A DNA stretch of 64,000 nucleotides from Octopus sinensis (Eukaryota), in the NCBI RefSeq assembly GCF_006345805.1, contig NC_043019.1:16863360-16927359 (forward strand), given 5' to 3'. Within the stretch, counting starts at the first letter, position 1; the number at the start of each line of letters is the position of its first letter. Positions 27,000-40,456 of this stretch are shown piece after piece. A program made the position numbers and the translations under genes. The notes beneath the pieces are model-generated. The model saw only the letters and a program-made list of their open reading frames with translations, was not told the origin of the DNA and searched no databases.

Positions 27000-29900
27000 T
27001 TTAAATTTAGTTCACAGATCCGCAGTACTACTGGGGTACGCAGACCACAGGTTAGGAACCACTGCATTATATCATAGCTACAAGATTTCAATGATGTGAT
27101 TGTTTATTTTAAGAATGATATTTATAGGATAGGTGTGAGAGGCTGGATCCAGTCGGTTTGGACATAAAACTCAGAATATTATGGTCAGTTTAAATGCTAA
27201 AGGGTTATAGATTAGAATTGTGGCAGTGACCAGGTCTCAGTTGGGGCAATGAAAATTCCAACACCAAATAAAACCAAGGACACCAGGCATGAGCAAAGAT
27301 TTTTGAGATGCAGGCAAGATGATGCATGTCTGGTCATCAGGAAGACTGCATGATGAGGCATAGCTCATCATCAAAAGGGCTGCACTACTAAAAAGTATTC
27401 TGTTGGCATGTCTTTCAAATGGATACTGCATTGCAGAGTTCCTTAGTCTGGAAGAGATTCATAGAATGTGAATTTTCCTTTTCTTTTGTTTCTTCATATA
27501 TCTTTAAGACAGCATATTTGTGCTGGTAAGTTTGAAAAAAAAGTTCTTCTATTACTATTGTATACATACCTCGAGGGCAAGTTTTACAGCAGCTTGTTGC
27601 CACTTCACTTGTTCCTTTTCATCCGAATTAAAAAGACTGTTGTCTACTGCTTGCTGGGTTGATAAGAAAGCAAAGATCTTCTCTGGAATTTGATGGCGTT
27701 CAGCTTCTGTTAAAAATCTTTTAGATTTGCCAGATGATGAAGGCAACTGTGCCGATTCAACAGTGAAGTCTTTGAGTCCTTCTGATGTGGAACAACGAAA
27801 TGTAGACTTGATGTTTTTAACTGATTTGTCTGATAATGTTCCTGCAACCACTATTTCAGAGCCTTTCTGGAAAGTTTTAAAATTTGTGGAAGTTGTTTTG
27901 AGTGCAGCGTTATCAGCATATTCAAATTTTAGCTGAAGGGCAAGAATGGATGTTGCATGCTCATAAAACTCTTTTAATTTGGTTGGAATATTTTCAGAGG
28001 ATGAAATTTTGTAAGAAAGCCCTTGGCTTTGAAAAGAAAGCTGATTGACCAATTCATAATTTGCATCTCCAAGGAAGATGCTATAAATTGGGACATTCAT
28101 TGTGTTGGCTTGATGGACGTTGTCGAGGATACGAGGGGTCTTCAGTTCACCTTCAGAGGCAACACCATCAGTCAGAAAGAAAACTGCTTGAGCCTGGGTG
28201 GTCTCAGGTTTATCAGCTTCTTTTAGCAGAGACAAGCTTTTTAAAATGGCATTGTTAATATCAGAACCTGAAAAAAAAAAAAAATTATGAATAGTTTATT
28301 TCATATGTTCATTTTAAGCATAAATTTTATTATTAACTAACACAACGGTCTTTACTTAAAGACAGTGGTTTTAGCTTTAGTATATCAAGTGGCAATTGCA
28401 AAAACCTAGCAATGGAACGATTTTAACAAATTCTTTGTTCTTTTAATGGTAGAACAAGACAAAGTCATGTTCACTTTTTTTTCCCCTTCCTGTATAATGT
28501 GCAACACATTAGTTGTAGCTGGTGCCCCTTTAAGACGTGAGTACACTGAACAGTTGCCCAGCAGCCATCTGTCAATGCATAAATACTATAGGCCCCAGTG
28601 CCTTGTTTTGCTCAGAAGACCCTGAATGAACCATCATAGAGATAGAAGAAATTTTCCTGCTGGGCCGAAGGATTACATGGCCATTAATATTAATGTTGAT
28701 ATAAAGTTTTGTGTCTGTTGCTTTCCTAAACTACAAACATTGTTTTAGTCATTTAAACTAAGACAACAATTTAATGAGGTAAAATAGAAACGAGTTGCCA
28801 GGTGAGTAGCCAAACGAAGAAAATGGAAAGTACGGACCTCATGGCAATGTTGATTGTAAGAAATGCAAAAAAATAAACAAAAGGGGATTGAAATAGTTCA
28901 ATAGTGCCAGAGATATCTTGTTTGGGTATCTGAGAGACAGAGTACCTTAAATTGAGGGGGAGAAAGAGAGCACCTTAAATTGAGAGATAAAGTACCTTAA
29001 ATTGAAAGACAGAGCATCTTAAATTGAGAGATAGGGTACCTTAAATTGAGAGATAGAGTACCTTAAATTGAGGGGGAGAGAGAGAGAGAGAGAGCACCTT
29101 AAATTGAGAGATAAAGTACCTTAAATTGAAAGACAGAGCATCTTAAATTGAGAGATAGGGTACCTTAAATTGAGAGATAGGGTACCTTAAATTGAGAGAT
29201 AGAGTACCTTAAATTGAGAGATAGGGTACCTTAAATTGAGGGGGAGAGAGAGAGAGAGAGAGCACCTTAAATTGAGAGATAAAGTACCTTAAATTGAAAG
29301 ACAGAGCATCTTAAATTGAGAGATAGGGTACCTTAAATTGAGAGATAGGGTACCTTAAATTGAGAGATAGAGTACCTTAAATTGAGAGATAGGGTACCTT
29401 AAATTGAGAGATAGGGTACCTTAAATTGAGAGATAGGGTACCTTAAATTGAGAGATAGAGTACCTTAAATTATATTCTTTTCTTATCAATATTATAGATG
29501 CAATTTCCATGAACATTTCAATCTTCAAACTTTCTGCGTTCTTATAAAATACTAGATTAGCATCATTATGGTTGAAATTAGTTTGAGGAAGTCAAGATTT
29601 ATTAAAGTAGATTTATTTAAAATTTGCTAAGGTTTTGCTATAAAACTATTGACATTTTTATTGAAACCATTACTAATTTTAGATACATGAACTTTATTTT
29701 AAATTACTGCAGAAATAAAATGAAGATTGTATGAAATGTTATATTACACCTCAAAATTTAATCAAACCTTACTTTGATTACCTTTCTGTAGCAATCAGAT
29801 TGTCTTGTCAAATTAATATTTCAATGCAGAAGATTGCCTTTGATGCTAAAAATACCGCAATGCAGTTGAAATAGTCAAACAGACAGCACGGACTTGTAGA

Positions 29901-32900
29901 AAGAGTTTGAAAGCATCCCTATAAAGCTAGACTCTTCTATTTTCAAAATTATTAAAATTTCATTTCATTCTACTTACGCCCAAATGGTGAACATTTATCA
30001 ATTTCTTCTTTGGCCTTATCAATGGATTCCTTTGTAACTGAACTAAGTTCGTCTTTCCAAGCATTAACGTTGTGGTTATAGAAGACAAGTCCAAATCTAT
30101 CATTTTGCTTCAAATCAGAAAGGATGGTGTACATCACAGACTTGACCTTGTCCATGCCAGTCAAATACATGGAGCCACTTACATCCAGCACAAAAATAAT
30201 ATCTTTGGGTAAAATTGGCGATTTATTAATTGACAGAAAATGTACAAAATAGCCATTAGATACCTGGAAACAAACAAACAAAAAAATACCAGATAAAAAT
30301 ATAGCAAAATTTAAAAACTTTAATTAGGTTTTAGGTGTAATGCAGAAATGAGAAGCGTTTGTACAGTGTCACAGTCTGTCTCTTGATTATGTGACCTCAT
30401 TAACCTGACAGTAACATTAAATCTGTTTATAATAATAAAATAATAATAATAATAATAATGATAATAAGTTATACATAAGACACTCTGCCAAGATATGCTG
30501 AAGTATGAGATTAATCACTCAATTCTTTGCTATAACTTGTAGTAAGTGGGAAACAGAATCACTCTGAGTTAACCCTTTTGGTGCCAACCTGCCTGAAGTT
30601 GTCTCTGGTTCTGGGATACAAAGTTCCTACTTTAGAGTGATCTAAACTAAAACCATCGAAAGCTTCATAATAAAAAGTTATTTTACCAAATTTTTCATGA
30701 TTTCCTAAATTAATTGAAACAAAGAGTATTTCAACAGAAAAATCGTAATAAAAGGGGTCAGACCATTGTCAATTAAATAATTACAGAAGATGGACAGAAT
30801 TGGTAACGAGATTTGCCTGCATTAATCTAATGTTAGATTTCTTTGGACCTTTTGTATAGTTCTGGCTTTTCCACACAACTCTGGACCATCCATACAGCTT
30901 AGCACCTTCCATACAAATCTGGACCCTCTTTTTAATTGCTTCCTTGTAGTATTGAACACACTGTATTGATTATTGTCTATGTTCGAAAACAGTTTCTACA
31001 CTTCTGGCTTTATTTCATAATGTTTTTTCATGTATGTTGAAATTGATGAAGATGATCATTAATAAAACAATTTACCAAACGACTTCACTCTTCTGGTGTT
31101 GAAAGTGCCAGAAAAAGACTAAAATACCTCATAGTATTTAGTTACTACCCCCACCCCCTTCATGGAAGTTGATTAAATTTAATCCATCCCACTTCTCTCT
31201 AACATTTATATCCTGTGCCAAATATTTGCAATCTTCTTTTGATATAACATTAAAGCAAGAATTATTCTGTTGTTCAAGAATTATGCTTAGAATAAAAGAG
31301 ATGAGATCCATTCCTGAAAGACGCCTTGATCAGAACTATTTCATTCTGACAATGTGTAATGAACATATTTTTGGTTCACAAGCTATGCGTTCTTAATGAA
31401 GCTACATAAATGTTGTTAACGAAGGTGCTTATTATATATCTAGGTGTAAATGAAAAGTGTTGAACATTGGTGACAGGTGATGGGGAAGATGTTCCTCACT
31501 TGACAATTTTCACTTCAAATCCCACCAAAATGTGACCTAAGTTACCAAAATTGTCTTGGAACACTTTATTAGAAACCTTGCAATCACGCAAATCATAACT
31601 TGACATCTCTTGCACCTGGCGTCTCTTGCACCTGACATCTCTTGCACCTGGCGTCTCTTGCACCTGACATCTCTTGCACCTGGCATCTCTTGCACCTGAC
31701 ATCTCTTGCACCTGACATCTCTTGCACCTGGCGTCTCTTGATCGATTTATTGGTTTTGTCAGTGTTGTTGCTTTTGTAGATAATAAATCTTTGGAATCCT
31801 TTCTATGGATGTCACAGCTTCCAATTCCCTCAACATTTACCTGGAATCTCTTTCATGTATCAGAAACACTACATTAGATGCAAGTATAAAGATTGGTATT
31901 GAAAACAATATAAAAAAACAAGTGTCTTATATAAAAAATAACTTACCAGAAGATTGTTACTGACATCGTCTTCTCTTTTGACATCAAACTTAATACAAAA
32001 TTTACCAACAACATGTTTACTCAAATTATTTAGTTGGAATTTATTGGCCGAATAAGTAACGGCAACTGAACGGGAAGTCATTTCTTTAATTGTTGCTTGT
32101 TGGCTCAGACCTAAAACAGAAAACTTAACCTGAACAACATCTGTTTACTTGTGGGGGGGGGTTAAAACCTTTTTTAAAACATAAAACTTTTTAATTTATT
32201 TCATTGTTTTCAGAATTGTTTTTAGAAAGAGTACAACTTCATTATTAACTTCCTGTATAAATTCAAATATATTGGCATCTGTGTCGGTGGCACGTAAAGA
32301 GCACCATCCGACCGTGGCCGTTGCCAGCTTCGTCTGGTCCCCATGCTGGTGGCACGTAAAGAGCACCATCCGACCGTGGCCGTTGCCAGCTTCGTCTGGT
32401 CCCCATGCCGGTGGCACGTAAAGAGCACCATCCGACCGTGGCCGTTGCCAGCTTCGTCTGGTCCCCATGCCGGTGGCACGTAAAGAGCACCATCCGACCG
32501 TGGCCGTTGCCAGCTTCGTCTGGTCCCCATGCCGGTGGCACGTAAAGAGCACCATCCGACCGTGGCCATTGCCAGCTTCGTCTGGTCCCCATGCCGGTGG
32601 CACGTAAAGAGCACCATCCGACCGTGGCCGTTGCCAGCTTCGTCTGGTCCCCATGCCGGTGGTACGTAAAGAGCACCATTCGACCGTGGCTGTTGCCAGC
32701 TTCGTCTGGCACCTGTGCCGGTGGCACGTAAAAAGCACCCACTACACTCACGGAGTGGTTGGCGTTAGGAAGGGTATCCAGCTGTAGAAACACTGCCAGA
32801 TCAGACTGGGCCTGGTGCAGCCTTCTGGCTTCCCAGACCCCAGTTGAACCGTCCAACCCATGCCAGCATGGAAAGCGGACGTTAAACGATGACGATGATG

Positions 32901-33690
32901 ATGATTACAAAAACATTCACAACCTGGCCCTTTTTCCACTGAATTCTTTGAAATTGTTCTGGTGTGTAAGCCATACTCAAATGCTCAGAAATGGTAACAA
33001 TCCACCAAATCTATAATCAGAGACAACTTACTTATCACATTCATTAATTTGTTTTACATCTATTTTTCATGCTTGCATGGGTTAGATGAATATGTAACTA
33101 AGGCATTGTTTTACAGTGGGATGCTCTTCCTGATGCTAACACTTACCTGATTTTTTTCAGTGGAGAAATTTCTTATTCCATACAGGTTTGAAGGCATGAA
33201 ATGGTTGGGTGATGTATTGGAAGAAAAAATACCAACAGAACACAGCATAAAAATCTTAACTTTTGAATAAACAAGTGGCAGATGGAAACAAATATACATG
33301 CACATCGTCGTCATCACTTAACATCCATTTTTCAGCTGGCATGGGTCGGATGATTCTACAAGATCCAACAATTCACAGAATAGTGTTGAGTTCCAAGGTT
33401 TCTTTGACGTCTTCTGGTTTTCCAATCTCTCACTTTTACATCTACTTCTTTCTTGCTGTTTTCTTGCTTTTTCTCTCATCCTATCGTCCCACTTTTAGTT
33501 CTTTATGGCATGTGGGCAGTGCCTGATGATTGTGCAAAGACACCAGATGTATTAAAAAAATACTGTTTGGTATGCTCTCAGCACATGAAACTAATAGGAC
33601 ATAAAAACATATACTGAGTTTATTAAATAATATCTATTTCTCACTAGATGGAGTACTTTTTTTTATTGATCTTACCATCATGGAACAGTA

Positions 33691-33727
<37 letters not shown>

Positions 33728-36700
33728 TTACAGTGTTGAAGAACTTACCCATCATTGGAGGTACTTTTATTTTGGTAATGTCATTTGTTTCTTCAATATT
33801 GACGTCAATGTCTAGATTTTCAATCTCTTGTCCTGGTAGCAAGTACATAATGTGTTCGTATAGACCAAGTCTTCGCTTTAGTAAACCATGGTAAATAACA
33901 GAAATATTTACTGTACTTTTAGCAGGAATATTTAGCTGTAAGGTAAAAAGAGAAGTCCTTGGTGGACTGCAAAAGAGATAAGAACAGACCTGACTATCAT
34001 TGATAAAAGTAACATTCTTTTTCTTTAATAACTTCAAATAATTTTTTTTTTTATTTTAAGAAACTGAATTTGTAACTTGGAAATATTCAAAAGAAACTGT
34101 TTTACAGAAATCTTTAACTTTTACCTGGTTTTATTTCCAATGAAATATTACAATGTGTAATTTTGAAAACAAACAACAATTCTGTTGGATTTAATAATGA
34201 ATTATTTTATGTACATCTTGGTTTTGATTTGATATTTTTAACAGAATAAAACAGATAAAGTTTAGATAAAATTAATGTTGAAGATTTTAATTAAAATACA
34301 TCATCATCACCTATACATTAAAACAGGTGTGTGCTGTCTTTCATTGAAAGTACCAGAGATGGTGTGAAAGGAGTACAAAAAGTGTCCAGCATTTATTTAA
34401 AAGAAATTTGAAGGGTTTAGTCTTAAGAACTCGGTACTTGGGTGAATTTGCTTAAATCTGGTACTTATTCTAGTTTTCTCATTTACTGAACTGCTGTTAC
34501 AAGGATGTAAACAAACCAATATCGATTGTCAAGTGGTAGTGGAGACACACACAAACACACACCTATATATATATGACAGGCTTCCATACAGTTTCCATAT
34601 ATGAAATTCACTTAGAAGGCATTGTTTGGCCCAGGGCTAGAGTAGATGACACTTTCCATGGTGGGATTGAACCTGGAAATAGTTGCAAAGTGAGCTTCTA
34701 AATCACACAGGGCCAAGTCTAATAAATGTCTACAACAAGATGATGCTTTTTACCACCCAGATTCCTCATCAACTTCTTATACCCACCACAGGGGTGTGGG
34801 GGATGGCAGTGTTTAACCCTTTAGTAACCACATTACTCTCTCAAATCCTTATTTATTGTTTTGAATTAATCATACATTATTTTGTCACTTTGAGATGTTG
34901 ATAATGTAATTGTCTATTTTTAGAATGACATTGTAGGGCAGGTGTGAGAAGCCAGATCTGGTTGGTTTGATCACAATACAGGAAAACCAACTGAGCTGGA
35001 AATGGCTGTTTTAAAGACTAAAGGACTAAGGACTTCCATGCCAGCAATGGTAGATGCAGATTGTCTGTGAACCAACCAGGTTCTCTTCCTGTAAATCACA
35101 CTGATCCTGTTCCTTTATTCAATTTAATAACTCATCACTCCTCTTCAACCAAACAATATTTGCATTAATGATTTAGTAAAGCCTAAAATTTCTCCCTGAC
35201 AAAATGTCAAACTGTTCAGGACAGAATGAAATTTGAAGATTGGATTGTATCCTGTCCTGCCATGCTTTGGTTTATATTCTGTTTTCGAGATGTGGATACA
35301 GTGTAGGGCAAGGTTGGAATGCATTTCAAACCATCACTTTGGGAAACACAGGAGCACTCTGGGAAGAATTGGTAGTTCTTTTAATCAGCCCCTTCTAGCC
35401 CCGAGTTCAATAAATGCTTGTAGGGACAGCAAAATAACACAAATTCATTCCAAAATGGCAACATAAAACATCCAACTATTATCAAATATGCAATGTTTAT
35501 TTGTCTCAGAAAGAATCTTCGCCATCAATAAAAAACAAGAAAAGCATCAAATTTTGGCACAAGGCCAGCAATTTCAGGGGGAGGGAGTAAGTCAATTACA
35601 TCAGCCCCAGCGCTCAATTGGTACTTATTTTGTTGACCTCCGAAAGGATGAATGGCAAAGTCGACCCCAATGGCATTTGAACTCAGAATGTAAAAAATGG
35701 ACAGAATGCCACAAAGTATTTTGTCTGCAGTGATAACAATTCTGCCAGCTTTCTGCCTTAGACTAATAAGAAATATTCCAGTGCTGCTTCTTTACAAAGA
35801 TTTCATCCAAGATCTCACCAAGATTCATCAAAAATCATTTAGTTCAGCATTATGTGTATGTGGGTGGATGGGGATGCAGGAGGTGCTAGTGGCTTACCTT
35901 CCTGACAGAATCTGAATCACAGACAGAATTGTTATAAGAGACAGGCCCAGCAGCAGCAGCGGTGACCTACCAGTTGTATATCTATGTCACCGAGACAATT
36001 ATTCATTTGACGACAGCAAAACAGTTAACTGCTTGATTTAATTATTGTTTTTCTTCATTAGATAATAAAAAGTTAATTAATTCTCGTCTACTTGAGAAAA
36101 TATGTTAATAATGTCACCCCTTGTGTCTTTAGAAGCATTTTATGGACATTGTATAACAGTTTAAATATTAAAGTTTAACTTACTGTATAAACTGGCGCCT
36201 GGCATTGTGAACCTGGTCTGATTTTGTTACCACTTTACCATAATATGAATGGTCAGCTATGTTCCTGGAGAAATAGAAGATATTAGCAGAAGATAGAATG
36301 GAGAGAATTCAATTATGATATTTTCTTTTCATAATCCCTTAATTTCTCTTCTGTATTGTAAATATATACACCCACCATGAATTATATTATTTGCATTTTG
36401 TGCAGTAGTTAACTGCTACACACTACAAATGAGGGGGTGGGGCTGGAAAATTCCTGGCTTTGCATAAAAGGAAATACAGGTGGATCAGTTAATTATGATT
36501 TTAGTCAACATATTCCCCTCTCAGATTCACACACCTATTGAAGTGGTCCTTCAGTTTTTCTAACCCCTGTAAGAGAACTTGGAAGGTTGGGCCTCCAACC
36601 AGGCCTTTCATGAAACCCTTAAAGCCAAGAACTTTTCAACAGCCCCTTGTATATTGTATATTGATATTTACACAGGGAGTTATCAATTGTGTTATAATAC

Positions 36701-38441
36701 ATTCCTACAGTGAAACAACAAAATGAAAGAAACCGTTGAGCACTAAACTGAAGGCTTGACAGTATTTCAATGAAACCTTCAAAATCAAAAGTTGAAATCA
36801 ACCAGAATCGATTCTAACCGGAATCTCTCTTTGGGGTAAAACTACCAACAACACAATTGCCAAACAGATTCTTGGGCAAATACTGGCCCTTCTCCATGCG
36901 TTTGTAGCTTTGTGAGAACCATAAAAAAAAAACATTTTAAAAAGTAGACAAAAGGATGGAAGGAAGCTAGAAATGTTCTCCATCAGTATTTGGTGAGTTT
37001 AATATAAAATATAAAACTCTTCTTTCCATTATGGAGATGGAGAAGGGCTGTCTTCTGCTTTGCAAGAAGAAAATGTGATCCTAACAGTATTTGGTTCCAC
37101 AAAAACTAGCCAGCATTCTCTGTAAGTTATCAGTAATTTATTCAAGTAGCAACACAACATGGTTTGAGAGGTCCATTTAGTTTTGTTGATGGTAAGGCAT
37201 CCCCCATAATGCAAGTGCCACAAAAAAAAAGTATCCAGAATATTCTATAAAGTGGTTGAGTTAGAAAGGCCAAACATGACAGCATGGAAAATGGACATAA
37301 AACCACGTGCAGTGTAGTTAATAACTTCAGGATAAGAGCAAAATGGTTACTCAGAAGATGACTGGTGTGGAGAAGAAGGGTCTGGAAGCTTAAGGATCCT
37401 GCGAATGGACAGAGATTTATTGCAGGTGAAAAGTGAAATAAATAGGTTTGTCACGAGGAAGAGAAGAAGTGCCAGGTAATATGAATGTCATCAGAATGTG
37501 ACGTATTTCTGAGGATATCGAAAGGATACGTTGGAAGTAATAAGAAGATAAGGAGAAGAAAAAATAATGAAGAAAAAGGGAAAAGTAGAAAAGTTTGAAT
37601 AGAATATCCAGCAAGACAAATGGAGTCCATTAGAAATGTCACAGAGATGCTGGTGGAAGCAGTTCCCCAGAGGAGGACTAGTTTTATGGACACATTGATG
37701 TTTCTGGAGATTATAGCTTTGGCTGTTGTCTTCTTACTAACAAGTGTTCTGCTTTGTGATGTCCATTCTTCTCTTCTTCCATGCTCTCTCTCTCTCTCAT
37801 TAGTCTCAATATATTAATTTAGTAACATTGGAAAATGATTTATCTTTGATGGAAGGTACTGCCCAAAACAGTAGACTTTCCTTCTTCTTCAAAAAAAAAT
37901 GATTTTATTCCACCCAGAAATTCCTATTTTGCTGTTGGATAGGCAAGTGGCATAGAAAAAAAAAATGATCTTCTGCCCAGCAGAGACTACAACCCAGCTT
38001 CCATTGTTAGCTGAAGTCATTTCACTTCTGTCATTAATTAATGAAAAGTATAAACCGTTCACAACATCTTATTTCTTATTGTATAATATATGGTCTTGTA
38101 CCTCATCAGCAGAGATCAGTAATTGGTAGCCATGCCTATTTTGCCTCATATGAGACCCACAAAAACAGACAATAAAGAGTTTTAGGAAGTTCATTCTTTT
38201 GACTGATATTTCATGAATTAAATACTTTTAGGACTTAAAATAATTTTCTGATTCTACAGAAAATTTTTTTTTTATTTAATATTCTTTGTTAACTGTTTTT
38301 ATATTTTATCTGCAGGATATGAAATGGAATGGTAAAGTAAACACCAACAGTATTTCTGTAGTTGTTGATACGAGGGTCAAATGGTGGAAGTAAATTATTT
38401 AAGATGATGATGGCAGGGATCAGGGCTGTAGCACGAACAAC

Positions 38442-38486
<45 letters not shown>

Positions 38487-38554
38487 AAAGAAGTTACTGT
38501 TAGTAGTTGGTGTAAGTCTTACTACACTGCCAAATTATTGTATGTAGATGATGT

Positions 38555-38593
<39 letters not shown>

Positions 38594-39732
38594 ACACACA
38601 CACACAACCCATGGTGGCATGGGAACAGATGTTAAACGATGATGATGATGATGACAGCTCCTGAACAAAACTAGAAACATTTTTCCTTAGATGAAAGTTA
38701 ATTGTCCTGCAGACATTGACTTCACTGTCAGTTCTGTTCATGGAGGGAGACAAAAAGCCGTTTTACTCCAAGTCAGTCAATGACTAAACTCTGAGTCTGT
38801 TTATCATTAATTCTAAAGTATGTTTATCACTAACGAAGCCTGTTTATCATTAAATAAACAACAGGTGGTCAATGTAACAACCGGAACATGTTTCTTACAT
38901 TGAAGGATTCTTTCTTGTATTTCAGAGATTCAGTCGATGCCTGTCTGCAGATTTCATCTTCATTTCACGAAACCAAGTCAAAGCAACCGTTTGTTGCGAC
39001 CCTTGGCACCAACACCTTGTTCTTACAAGTCCTACCTTCACATTGCTGTCCTTGTTGTTACCCTTCTTACAGTCCCTTTATGTAAAGCCCCATCTTCCTA
39101 TTCCTGTATTTCCTATTTTACACATTTATGCAAATTTCTATATTTTTCACACTTACCTCGTTATCTTTTATCACAGTTAAAAAAAATACAAGTAATGCTC
39201 TGTGTTTTGTATTAATCATCTAATTACACACACACACACATTTACATGTGTGCATGCACACATGTTCTAGCTTCTGTTCTACACTGTGTATCAAAACATG
39301 CATATGTGCATGCATGTGTGTATATGTATGTGTGTGTGTGTGTATATATCTATATGAAAATTATAGTATTAAATATCCATCACGGCTGATCTTACCAATA
39401 GGTTTCGCATAAAGAATACTATGGAGTGTTAGGTAACAATCCGATGATATAACTTTACGCTCATCAGAGGTAGCAATATGGAAGGGAATATATATATATA
39501 TATATCTCATAAGTTGCTTAACCACATATTTTTGTAGTAAAAGGAAATAGTAGTCTTTTGGCTGCTATTTCTAAAATTTTTGGTATGTGGTTAAGCAACT
39601 TGTTGCAAAAAACCCGTATTATTATAATTATATAAATTTTTACCAAATATGGTCCTTTTCCATACCAAAATACTACTAGGTGAAATTTGTTGATTTTATT
39701 AAATTAATTATATTTCACCCTATATCTGTAAT

Positions 39733-39795
<63 letters not shown>

Positions 39796-40425
39796 CAAAA
39801 TGGGACAAGAACGCAAAACATTCAGAAGACGATACAAAAAACATGGACAGGTCATTCGAAGCCTTCAATCTTTTATATACATATATATATATATATACAG
39901 GGTTGTTCAAAAAGAATGAACCGATTTCATTACACAATATTTTAATAAGCAAAAGAATTAGAAAACTCCAGCTGAGTCCCAAGTATTTACTCCCAATCAA
40001 CTTTTATTTCCTCTCTTACAAGTGTTCAATGTGGCCACCACCACAGGCAGCAGGGGCAACATCAATGTGACAAGAGAATTCCTCCCAGACCTCACCGTGT
40101 GTGATTTGTTCCTTGTGGGGATATGTAATAGATCACGTTTATGTTCCAATGCTACCCCCTAATCTCGATGACCTTAAACATTGAATAACAACAGCAACCA
40201 ACTCAGTGGATCGTGATATATGGAGATGTGTCTGGGAGGAATTCTCTTGTCACATTGATGTTGCCCATGCTGCCTGTGGTGGTGGCCACATTGAACACTT
40301 GTAAGACAGGAAATAAAAGTTGATTGGGAGTAAATACTTGGGATTCAGCTGGAGTTTTCTATTGCTTTTCCTTATTCAAATATTGTGTAATGAAATCGGT
40401 TCATTCTTTTTGAATAACCTTGTGT

Positions 40426-40456
<31 letters not shown>

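Noticed and set aside
32196-32856. 130-197-aa repetitive ORFs and CRISPR-like periodicity
   Set aside because: Contiguous 62-bp tandem units with no unique spacers; eukaryotic retroposon-derived VNTR, no cas genes.
33137-33265. Strong GTAAGT donor with an open frame between ITIH exons 4 and 5
   Set aside because: The candidate exon is phase 1 to 0 and would frameshift; exons 4 and 5 already join in phase.
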